Origin: a virus
Taxonomy: Duplodnaviria > Caudoviricetes
IMG/VR virus record: IMGVR_UViG_3300017761_003648
Location: 1 to 34,024 of that record
Length of the DNA stretch: 34,024 nt
Reading direction: 5' to 3' (one strand)
Both the position numbers and the translations under genes were made by a program. The notes beneath the pieces were generated by a model, which was given only the letters and a program-made list of their open reading frames with translations, made no database searches and had not been told where the DNA came from. Within the stretch, counting starts at the first letter, position 1. Each line of letters begins with the position of its first letter. Positions 9,017-17,510 of the stretch are shown in pieces.

Positions 9017-9888
9017 TATTCTTTCTCCTTTTCAGTGGAAGTTCTCCATTGAGTTTCTCTTCGATCATAATCCCAACCACCAATAAGAAAATTTTCATTT
9101 CCGCCAGGATAATCATCTGGAGTTTCTCCATCATAAACAACGATAAGTTTTTCATCATGATTCATTGGATTCATCCATCGCGCTGCCCAAACTTCATAGT
9201 AACAATTGATATTTGCTCCATTGCCCGATTTAATTTTAATTTTTTTCCCCCATTCAATACCTTCGACGATTAAATCTTGAGAATAACCGATTTGAGTTAA
9301 TGTTACTGTAATTGATTCTGGATCAATTAATCCATTCCAATATTCTGGAAGTTCAATTACATTTGAATCTTTAAGTTTTCCTCGAATATAAATTCCTGCC
9401 TCTGGACCTTCAGCGATAACATGTCGTATTCGTTTTCCTTTTTGTGTTATATGAGGAATATCAAACGGAAGAACTTTATTACCACTTGCAAGTCCTGTTA
9501 AGTTACCTACAAAAGTTGGAGCTGTAACTGTTCCAGTCACATTCAATAAACCATTAACTTGTTCTAGTCCATTTACAGTAGTTGTTCCATTAATGATGAC
9601 ATTGCCACTAAAAATAGTGTTAGCAGCTCTCACAAAATTAAGTGGAATAAGCCCTGTGCTATGGGCAGTAATTAAAATTTCAGTTGCAACTCCTGGACAA
9701 TACATTCCAACATAATCAAACTCATTGTGAAAAAGAACAACTGCCAAATCCGTAAGTCCAAAAGATGAATCAACTGGAAGATCTGTAGGCCAAAAAAGTT
9801 CTTGAGACGCAATTTCATAATTGTATTCTCCCGTTAAACTCAATGGACCAGTGAAAGTCCCATAATCTCGAAATCTAAATTGGGGCAT
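9016..9888 (-). CDS. Baseplate spike/fibre-associated protein (290 aa): beta repeats plus C-terminal 'FDIPH...EGPE..IYIRG' domain
   Basis: Short beta repeats (GNVIINGTTTVNGLEQVNG) followed by a domain paralogous to the C-terminus of 9888..10553. Confidence 0.65.
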   Translation of the reverse strand: MPQFRFRDYGTFTGPLSLTGEYNYEIASQELFWPTDLPVDSSFGLTDLAVVLFHNEFDYVGMYCPGVATEILITAHSTGLIPLNFVRAANTIFSGNVIINGTTTVNGLEQVNGLLNVTGTVTAPTFVGNLTGLASGNKVLPFDIPHITQKGKRIRHVIAEGPEAGIYIRGKLKDSNVIELPEYWNGLIDPESITVTLTQIGYSQDLIVEGIEWGKKIKIKSGNGANINCYYEVWAARWMNPMNHDEKLIVVYDGETPDDYPGGNENFLIGGWDYDRRETQWRTSTEKEKE

Positions 9889-10553
9889 TAGATATCAATC
9901 TCCGTTACTAATTTTTCAACATCAATTCTTTCTCCAAAAACATGATAAAAACAATCAATCGGAATACTGCTATTTGACTGTAAATGAATTTCACAATTGT
10001 TGAATCGTTTTACAATAATATTTTGATGTGATCCAACTGGAGTCAATGAAATTGTAATGGTATTTGAATCGACCAATTTTGACCAATATTCTGGTAAAAC
10101 AATTTTATTTCCTTGAATTCTTCCCCGCACATACACAGAATTTTCTGCGCCTTCAAGACACGCATGAATTAGTTTTTTATTTTCTTTTGTTGGATGGTCA
10201 ATTATAAAGTTTTTGGTTTTAGCCATTAAAACTTCAGTGTAGATAATCTTTGACTTGATTAACTTTACTGTTAAAAGTGTATCTACCTTCAGGAAACTTT
10301 TGATTCTTGCGAATGTTTGAACAAATAATGAATAGAAAGGAATGGGTTTCATATCACTATTCGTTGTTACACCCAACATTAAAGTTCCCAAATCCGTTGG
10401 TATGGGTGAGTTGTAAACTGAAGGGTTGCCAACAATCTGTGGACCTTCAATATAAGAAGATCCACGAACTTCTGTTGGCCCTCTTCCTAAGATTTCTGGT
10501 TTTCCTTCGCCTACAAAAAGTCTTTTTCCTATAGCGACATCATCAAATTGCAT
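9888..10553 (-). CDS. Baseplate spike/fibre-associated protein (221 aa) with 'FIIDHP...CLEGAE..VYVRG' domain
   Basis: C-terminal half aligns by eye with that of 9016..9888 (LPEYW..L.D...IT..LT..G..Q..IV). Confidence 0.65.
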   Translation of the reverse strand: MQFDDVAIGKRLFVGEGKPEILGRGPTEVRGSSYIEGPQIVGNPSVYNSPIPTDLGTLMLGVTTNSDMKPIPFYSLFVQTFARIKSFLKVDTLLTVKLIKSKIIYTEVLMAKTKNFIIDHPTKENKKLIHACLEGAENSVYVRGRIQGNKIVLPEYWSKLVDSNTITISLTPVGSHQNIIVKRFNNCEIHLQSNSSIPIDCFYHVFGERIDVEKLVTEIDI

Positions 10554-10555
10554 TA

Positions 10556-11152
10556 TTAACCTCCAAAGGTATTATTTTCAGTTTCTGCAGTTCCACCATA
10601 TTTAGATTTTTTAATCTTGGATGCTCCTGTGGCACAAGCAGAAAGTCCACCATAAATGTCTAGAATTGCAGTACCAACAATCTTACAAGTATTAGATGAG
10701 AAGAACTTTGCAACCGAAGATGCATTGACTTCTACATTTTTTGAAATGATCTCAACTTTCTCATTTGACTTGAGTGTGATGACACCATTTTTATTATCAG
10801 ATCCACTGGCCAAAAACTCTATATTTTCTGCTTGAAACTTAATTCTACCACGAGTTGCACTAAAAATGATGTCACCATTAACACATTCAACATAGAATGC
10901 TGGGTTTCCATTTTCAGGATCGCTGGTTACATCATCTCCACATTTGATTTGATATGTTCCTGGGCAACGATTAATTGTTCCACCCTTTCTCCCTTCTCCT
11001 CCAGTGGCATCCATTGACATATAATGTCTTGGATCAGCCCCACTTCGAACGGAGAAAGATGATATTTCATTATCATTATGAATATGACCAAATTTGATTT
11101 CAGCATCTTTATTGCCGTATCTTATCGTATGATAATTTTTAGACTTTGACAT
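10556..11152 (-). CDS. Probable gp5 C-terminal-like beta-helix spike protein (198 aa)
   Basis: Directly follows the gp5 gene with a stop-start overlap; alternating beta-strand repeats (GDIIFSATRGRIKFQAENIEFLA). Confidence 0.55.
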   Translation of the reverse strand: MSKSKNYHTIRYGNKDAEIKFGHIHNDNEISSFSVRSGADPRHYMSMDATGGEGRKGGTINRCPGTYQIKCGDDVTSDPENGNPAFYVECVNGDIIFSATRGRIKFQAENIEFLASGSDNKNGVITLKSNEKVEIISKNVEVNASSVAKFFSSNTCKIVGTAILDIYGGLSACATGASKIKKSKYGGTAETENNTFGG

Positions 11153-13506
11153 TAAACTTTACCAACACAATCTATGACGTTAATGATTTTTTCTCCAACT
11201 GGCGAATTTGAAGAACCTGTGGTTTTTCCACCACCAGAAGTTGAAATAAGTTCCTCTTCAGGAACATCTCCAATTCTATTTACACAGAATACTGGAACTA
11301 TCTGAGCATTATAACCTGTTTGAGATTCAATGTAAATATTTGGTCTTTCGGTGAATCCCATTCCAGAAGATATAATCTTCACATCCTCTAAGGATCCAAA
11401 AGGACCAAACAGTGGTTGTAAGATAGCTCCATTACTTGGCGAAACGATAATTGTATCAGAATCACTATAACCAATGCCAGAATTAACAATTTTAGCAGAA
11501 CACATGTATAAAACAACTGGATATTGTGCAGTTGTAGAACTTGGTTGATTTACTAAAGAATTATTTGGTTGATTTACTAGAGAATTATTACCAACCTGTT
11601 TACTTAATGGTGGACATTCTGGTGCGGTGATTGATTGCTCTTGAGTTGCAACATATAAAGGTTCACCTGCTAATGTAACAGTATCGCCTACATTAATTTG
11701 CATAATTTCTCCGGGATCATATGGTGTATCATAAGTTCCATTAGATCTTAAAATATATGACTGACATCTTGTAGCCCATACTCTTCCGTCACCACCAAGA
11801 TCTCCATTTGGCGAGGACAAATATCCCGTCCCAGTTTGCTCAATTACAACTTGAATTACACCATTTGTTGTTCCATTTGGGTCTGATACATATATCTCAT
11901 CCGACTGTTGTGAGACTGAGCTCCCCGACTGTTTTGAGACTGGGCCAATTGATACTCTTCCAACAGCAGCACTTCCCTTTCCGCAAGCATCTTCGAAACG
12001 AATAAACGGTGGTTTTGTATAACCAAATCCTGAAGAAATGATATCAATACCTAAAATATCTCCAGTAGCACTAATAATTGCATTAGCTGATGCCCCTGCA
12101 CCACCACCGCCGTAGAATACAACTGATGGGGGACCACAAAGAATTGGACCTAAATTGCAACTATCTTGGAAAATATCAGAAAAATCTAAATCAAAATTGA
12201 AATTATTTGGATTAACTAATTGTTGACCAGTAGTAGCAAACTCTTTTACTTTATTAAAAAGATCGGTGAAGTTAAGACTTTTACTTAATCCTGTGCCGCC
12301 CCAAATACTCCATTCCTTTAATTGACTACATGATGGTTTTTCTTCACAAGTAAAAAATCCAAGAAGTTGTTTAACAAAATCAAGAACACCTGCCGCAATA
12401 TCAAATGCACCTCCAACCAAAGCTTCGATTGGTCGCAGTATATCACTCAATGCGGAACCAATTAAACCAACAAGTTTACCAAGCAATCCTCCAACAAAAT
12501 TATTAATCAAACACTCGGCAGTATTAATAACTCGATCTACCATCGATAGAAGTGCTTTTCCAACCATTTTCAATAGATTGGAAATAATTTTATTAAACAG
12601 ACAAGAAATTAGATTACTTGCTGTTTCTATCTTTTCTTTTAATCCTGGTCTTTCATTTGGGAATAAGAAAAAATACGTATCTTTCATTGTATTATTTATT
12701 TTTTCTGTTGTATATTTTCTTATACCATCAATAATATTTTTAAAGAATTTACTTACATCTTTAGAAACATTGGCAATCTTCATCTGAATATAATCAGATA
12801 CGGACATTTGTTGTCCATTATAATTGATTGGTTTTAATACTGTATTCTTCCAATCTTTAACCTGTTTCTTAGCATTTTCAATATCTTTAATTAAATTTTT
12901 GATCTGAAGTTGAATTCCTTTTAATTCAGCTGGATCACACTTTGACATAATTGCATTTTGTCTTTCACCATCATCTTTTTGCTGCTGATCATTGACACTA
13001 TCTTGAGCAGTTGAAGATCCAGTGTTTCCTTCTAATGGTTGACCTTTTGTTGATGGAATTGAATAATAAGAAACACCTTCACCAACAAATCCACTATGAG
13101 GTTCAAATGGTTTAAGTGGTATTGTCTGAGATAATTTTGTTTGATCGCTATTTCCTAAACAACCAATAATTACAGGATCTTCCCTATCAATTCCGTCACG
13201 ATAAAATCCAATTACATATGTTCCTTTTCTTAAATTTGTGGTCTGATAACTTGCTGCGTGACCAGATCCTGATGTAACTGGATATATACACTCTGCCATA
13301 TCCAGACGAGAATTATCAACATCTCCAATATCTCGTCCAAAAATACGTATTCTAAATCTCGATCCCCAACCTGGGATTCCTTCATTACTTTGCCACTTGT
13401 CTCTTAATTCATTATCTTTCCAAGTTGAATCGTCAACAATTTGCCCAAACCAAAAATACATTGGTTGGAGGGATGCGTTTTCTTGATTAAATAGAGTTGC
13501 TTGCAT
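11152..13506 (-). CDS. gp5: Baseplate hub subunit gp5-like (N-terminal OB fold), 784 aa
   Basis: N-terminal FWFGQIVDD...RFRIRIFG...GTYVIGFYRDG...PVIIGCL matches the gp5/VgrG OB-fold pattern, followed by a helical region and 'I.SSG.GY' repeats. No T4 lysozyme motif recognised. Confidence 0.8.
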   Translation of the reverse strand: MQATLFNQENASLQPMYFWFGQIVDDSTWKDNELRDKWQSNEGIPGWGSRFRIRIFGRDIGDVDNSRLDMAECIYPVTSGSGHAASYQTTNLRKGTYVIGFYRDGIDREDPVIIGCLGNSDQTKLSQTIPLKPFEPHSGFVGEGVSYYSIPSTKGQPLEGNTGSSTAQDSVNDQQQKDDGERQNAIMSKCDPAELKGIQLQIKNLIKDIENAKKQVKDWKNTVLKPINYNGQQMSVSDYIQMKIANVSKDVSKFFKNIIDGIRKYTTEKINNTMKDTYFFLFPNERPGLKEKIETASNLISCLFNKIISNLLKMVGKALLSMVDRVINTAECLINNFVGGLLGKLVGLIGSALSDILRPIEALVGGAFDIAAGVLDFVKQLLGFFTCEEKPSCSQLKEWSIWGGTGLSKSLNFTDLFNKVKEFATTGQQLVNPNNFNFDLDFSDIFQDSCNLGPILCGPPSVVFYGGGGAGASANAIISATGDILGIDIISSGFGYTKPPFIRFEDACGKGSAAVGRVSIGPVSKQSGSSVSQQSDEIYVSDPNGTTNGVIQVVIEQTGTGYLSSPNGDLGGDGRVWATRCQSYILRSNGTYDTPYDPGEIMQINVGDTVTLAGEPLYVATQEQSITAPECPPLSKQVGNNSLVNQPNNSLVNQPSSTTAQYPVVLYMCSAKIVNSGIGYSDSDTIIVSPSNGAILQPLFGPFGSLEDVKIISSGMGFTERPNIYIESQTGYNAQIVPVFCVNRIGDVPEEELISTSGGGKTTGSSNSPVGEKIINVIDCVGKV
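11542..11589. repeat. 24-bp tandem duplication in gp5 (NNSLVNQP x2)
   Basis: tggttgatttactaaagaattatt / tggttgatttactagagaattatt, one mismatch. Confidence 0.9.
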
Positions 13507-13721
13507 CAGTTTTCATATACTCTACATTCAAGAGCATCTGGGTGATTATTGCAAAATAATTCAAGTGGAGTTGGATCGTGGTCTTCATCTGGATGATTTA
13601 TTTGATACTGCTCTAAAGCATCAAGTTCTTCTTCAATATGACGATGACGTTGAGAATTAATCTCAGTATTATCCAGTTCATCTCTAATGTAATTAATATG
13701 CTGCTGAATTGTTCTGCCCAT
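13506..13721 (-). CDS. cp12: CP12 Calvin-cycle regulator (phage auxiliary metabolic gene)
   Basis: C-terminal PTPLELFCNNHPDALECRVYEN is the CP12 C-x8-C motif; 'EEEL' core present; no N-terminal Cys pair. Confidence 0.88.
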   Translation of the reverse strand: MGRTIQQHINYIRDELDNTEINSQRHRHIEEELDALEQYQINHPDEDHDPTPLELFCNNHPDALECRVYEN

Positions 13722-13730
13722 TGGTTTAGA

Positions 13731-15056
13731 TCAAAAAGGTTTTCTTCCTATAGATTCTCTCACCAAATTGAGTTTAGTGAAAGTTTTGTTTGTTGTTATC
13801 AAATGAGATAAATCTACTATCATATATAGACCTCCTTTTCTTTGGCTGACGGAGTTCATAGTTTTAGTTGTCATCTCAGGAAAATCACAATATACAAGAT
13901 CTCCAGCTCTAAGTCCAAAGTCTCCAGGTATTGTCATAGACATTTTTTGAGTGAACAATTGATTATATCTCATTGCAGATTGACGAATAATCGCATCAAT
14001 ATCATAGTCATTTTCTTTTGATCTTTTCAACTGTTCTTTTAAATTGTTACCTGGAGGAAGAACTCCTTTCTTATCATATTTCACAACAATACGAGTTGAT
14101 TTATCTTGAAGACCTAAATCTTTTGCAATTGTTGGGTGTTCTTTGCCACCCATTTTATCTTCATCTTCTTGATTTGTATGTGATGTTTCGTTTATTCTTG
14201 GTTTATTATCATAAAAATTTGTTGCTCTCAATTCTGTTCTAAACAAAGAACCAGTAACCAATGCTTGTTCTACATCAATTGCACTATCGTAAGCGTACTC
14301 CAGTATTTTAGCATCATATCCTTTGGGAAGATATGGAGTTCTTGTATAAATTAACCTTCTTTTATATTGTTGCTGAAACAACTTATCAATTGATTTAAAT
14401 TTAAATCCATCTGCAGTTTCAAAGAACAAATAACCAGCACTTTTTCCAGTAGATCCTATAGGAATTGATCTTTTAGCCAACCAGGCACATTTATAAAATG
14501 GTTTTTCAGATCTACCAAGAAAACTAAACAAATTTTCAGTTTCATCAGCATCAATATTTTTAGGAGTTTTGAGTATTCTTTTCAATATTGATTCAATAGA
14601 ATCTGAAATCTTTCCATCATATCTACTTGTTACTCTTGTCTCTACAAGTTCATTATCTAAACATTCTTTTGACCACAAATCGAGAGTATATGAGAGAACA
14701 TTTTCTTGAATTACATCACGAATAACTTTAATACGTAATTGATAATCTTCAGATAACGTTAACTTTTGCCCATATCCATCTCGCATTTCTAAAGAAACTT
14801 TTTCGCCGCCAGTTAATTTTAAATCTTCCATTTCTAATACTGAAGAACCACTACCTTCGGTTCTATTTCCAGTATCAACTAATATTGCACTGACACGAAT
14901 GGTATTATCTAAGATACTCTCATAATACTGAAGTTGTACACATCCAAGAGAAACATCCAAAGTCTTAACATCCAAAGTCTTCCTTTGATTTGAAGTAATC
15001 TCAAATTTGGATATATCACATTCTTTAGCGGCAGTATTGGTAGTTTGATATGTCAT
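13731..15056 (-). CDS. Baseplate hub/tail protein (gp27/gpD-like), 441 aa
   Basis: YYESILD.TI, GYLFFETADGFKFKSIDKL and IPGDFGLRAGD...GLYMIVDLSH pattern; lies between the tape-measure-like genes and gp5. Confidence 0.65.
   Translation of the reverse strand: MTYQTTNTAAKECDISKFEITSNQRKTLDVKTLDVSLGCVQLQYYESILDNTIRVSAILVDTGNRTEGSGSSVLEMEDLKLTGGEKVSLEMRDGYGQKLTLSEDYQLRIKVIRDVIQENVLSYTLDLWSKECLDNELVETRVTSRYDGKISDSIESILKRILKTPKNIDADETENLFSFLGRSEKPFYKCAWLAKRSIPIGSTGKSAGYLFFETADGFKFKSIDKLFQQQYKRRLIYTRTPYLPKGYDAKILEYAYDSAIDVEQALVTGSLFRTELRATNFYDNKPRINETSHTNQEDEDKMGGKEHPTIAKDLGLQDKSTRIVVKYDKKGVLPPGNNLKEQLKRSKENDYDIDAIIRQSAMRYNQLFTQKMSMTIPGDFGLRAGDLVYCDFPEMTTKTMNSVSQRKGGLYMIVDLSHLITTNKTFTKLNLVRESIGRKPF
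14952..14981. repeat. Perfect 15-bp tandem duplication (KTLDV x2)
   Basis: aacatccaaagtctt repeated twice. Confidence 0.9.
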
Positions 15057-17506
15057 CCGATCAGCGTTGGTACTGTACTATTTACTCCAGGAAACTGAAT
15101 GTTTGATGCTGGAGATGTTGAAGATGTTGTTTGAACTTCTTTTAACAGAATTTTTTCCATCAATACAAATGTAGTTCCTCCTTGCTCTGCATAAGAAGGA
15201 GTCATTGCAAGTTGATTTGCAGTATCCATGACCTTTGGTTGTGTCGATGCAACTTTAGCTGCAGGAGGTTTTAATGGTGTCGTTGCAGTTGCGGATTTTG
15301 TTTTCGTTTGTGTGGGTGGTCGATAACCACCAAGATATTCAAAGTGTACTGGATCATTTGGTATTGCCATATATTGCCAATCGTAGTTTGGACCATTTTT
15401 AACAAACCAATCATATCCCCGAGTTCCAGTTTGAATATCTAATGCAGTTCCTTCTCCATGTCTTGATGTTCCTGGTGCACCAGCACCCGAATAAATTCCT
15501 TGAAGTGCTTGCTGGTGTGCAATACTTCGATATGCACTAGTAATTAGAATCGTAACTCCTTCCTTTTCTGCTTGTGCTTTTGCTGCAAGGAAAGCTCTTG
15601 CTGCTTCATGTCTTAAGTATGCACCATTACCATACCAATCTTGATAATCAACTGTACCATACAAAGTTCCAACTCTAGTCAATTGTGATGGTTTTAATTT
15701 TCCATTTTCTCCAGTTAATGGAGTAGAAAGGGCAGTTACAGTTCCGGTGGTTGATGGTGATACTTGAGCAGTTTTTAATTTTCCTGCTCTAAATGCTCCA
15801 ATTTGAGCACCAGCAGGTTCAAATCCAAATACATGTCCATGTCTTCTTTGCTCAGTATCATCAGCAAGGTGATTATTTGCCCTTTCAAAAGCAATTGCTC
15901 TAAAATTGTCTCTTGGTCCAACAAAATTTGCAGCGGAACGTTGCCGATTTGGATCAAGTAATGCTGCAGAAACTTGTTCTAATTGAGTTTGATTTCTTCC
16001 GCCTCCATATTTTTTAAGAAAATCAACTGCAGATTCTTTATCTTTAATAGAACTCCATGCACCAGGAGTTCCATAATCCCGAACTGGTTGAAATTGTCCT
16101 GGTTGAAAAATTACACCCCTAATGCTATTTGGCCATGAAGGAGATTCAACTCGATTGTAAATAGCCTGAGCAACATCAGCAGCACCTTGAGGATCTGAAT
16201 TTTCTAATAATGTGGCAATAGCAAGTAACCAAAAATCTGGGCTAGAACTATCAACCTTTACAGCACCTGGTCCAGGAGCAGGTTCTTGTTGAACTGCTTT
16301 TGTTTTTAAAATTTCCAAAAATATTTTTGATAATCTTTCTTCGACATTGGTTTCAAAAAGTTTTGCTAAAGCAAATCCAATTTGTTCTGGACCAGATCTT
16401 TGTCTGGTAATTCCCCTAGTAATTGGCCCTCCACTAGCCATTGATGCAATTGTAGTTACAATATTATTGACTGTACTAGATGATTGGGAATCTATACTTG
16501 GCGCTATTAATGATGCTAAAGAATCACCAAATATTTGATAAATTCTTTTATCTGGTCTTTGTCCCATCGCAATGTCAACTGCAGCACCCATCAAAGGACC
16601 AATAAAAGGTATCTTACTCAAAGTTGATGATGTTGTCATTAATGTGTTTAATGGTCCGGGTTGACTTACATCCGAAGAATATGGAAATATTTTTTCAATT
16701 TGCTCTCTTCCACCAGTAATATCTTTTCCAGGATCACTAATTTGCCTATAAACAATTGGTGGGGTTTTTTTCGTCTCTATTTTTTGAATTTGTCTGGTAA
16801 TTGGTTTAACACCAGTTCTTGTAACATTTCCCCCAGGAACCATTTTTCTAACATATCCACCATTAGCCTTTTGTGGAATTTGCGGTTTTGGTTGTGGTTG
16901 TGGTTTATACAGTCCTAAAGTCATGATCGAATTGATCATATCTTTAAAATTATTTGTAAATGTATCAAATGTTTTTTGTGCATCTTTTCCGCCAAGTTCA
17001 TTTACTTTTTGGGAAAGATCATTCCTGAATTTATAACCACCTTCAATCATACCCGTAGTAATATCTATAGTTCCTTTAATGATATTACCAAAAGTATCCA
17101 TTGCAGCAGGAAGTTGCTTCACGACTCCCATTAATGCAGGAAGATTATTGGAATAATTTGTAAAGAGATATCCTAAGAAAGTATATCCAATAAAATTTTG
17201 TATACTATCAAGAAAACCAGTTTTAGGTAAACCAGGAAGATTTAATTTCGAAACTTCTTTTGGTTGTTTTTTTTCCAACCCCCCTTCTTTCTTTTTTCGC
17301 TCTTCGCCTTCTTTTCTTATCTTCTTTTGCTTTTTGGTTTTTTCCTTTACTTTTTTAGTGGTGTTTATCAGTTTATCTACATTAATAAGTTTTTTCTTAA
17401 TTTTAAAGTTTAGAAGACCATCAATTTTTTTATCATAAGCAGCAGCCATTCTTTCACCTGTGGAAAGTTTTGCTTGTGGTAATAACTTCTGAGGATTTAT
17501 TGCCAT
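15053..17506 (-). CDS. Tape-measure-like virion protein with SleB/Hydrolase_2-like and M15 (VanY-like) peptidoglycan hydrolase domains, 817 aa
   Basis: LE...ADVAQAIYNRV...WPNSIRGVIFQPGQFQP is Hydrolase_2-like. ITSAYRS..HQ..L...APGTSRHGEGTALDI...DPVHFEY carries the M15 SxHxxGxAxD Zn motif. Charged coiled N-terminus and a hydrophobic segment. Confidence 0.8.
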   Translation of the reverse strand: MAINPQKLLPQAKLSTGERMAAAYDKKIDGLLNFKIKKKLINVDKLINTTKKVKEKTKKQKKIRKEGEERKKKEGGLEKKQPKEVSKLNLPGLPKTGFLDSIQNFIGYTFLGYLFTNYSNNLPALMGVVKQLPAAMDTFGNIIKGTIDITTGMIEGGYKFRNDLSQKVNELGGKDAQKTFDTFTNNFKDMINSIMTLGLYKPQPQPKPQIPQKANGGYVRKMVPGGNVTRTGVKPITRQIQKIETKKTPPIVYRQISDPGKDITGGREQIEKIFPYSSDVSQPGPLNTLMTTSSTLSKIPFIGPLMGAAVDIAMGQRPDKRIYQIFGDSLASLIAPSIDSQSSSTVNNIVTTIASMASGGPITRGITRQRSGPEQIGFALAKLFETNVEERLSKIFLEILKTKAVQQEPAPGPGAVKVDSSSPDFWLLAIATLLENSDPQGAADVAQAIYNRVESPSWPNSIRGVIFQPGQFQPVRDYGTPGAWSSIKDKESAVDFLKKYGGGRNQTQLEQVSAALLDPNRQRSAANFVGPRDNFRAIAFERANNHLADDTEQRRHGHVFGFEPAGAQIGAFRAGKLKTAQVSPSTTGTVTALSTPLTGENGKLKPSQLTRVGTLYGTVDYQDWYGNGAYLRHEAARAFLAAKAQAEKEGVTILITSAYRSIAHQQALQGIYSGAGAPGTSRHGEGTALDIQTGTRGYDWFVKNGPNYDWQYMAIPNDPVHFEYLGGYRPPTQTKTKSATATTPLKPPAAKVASTQPKVMDTANQLAMTPSYAEQGGTTFVLMEKILLKEVQTTSSTSPASNIQFPGVNSTVPTLIG

Positions 17507-17510
17507 GATT

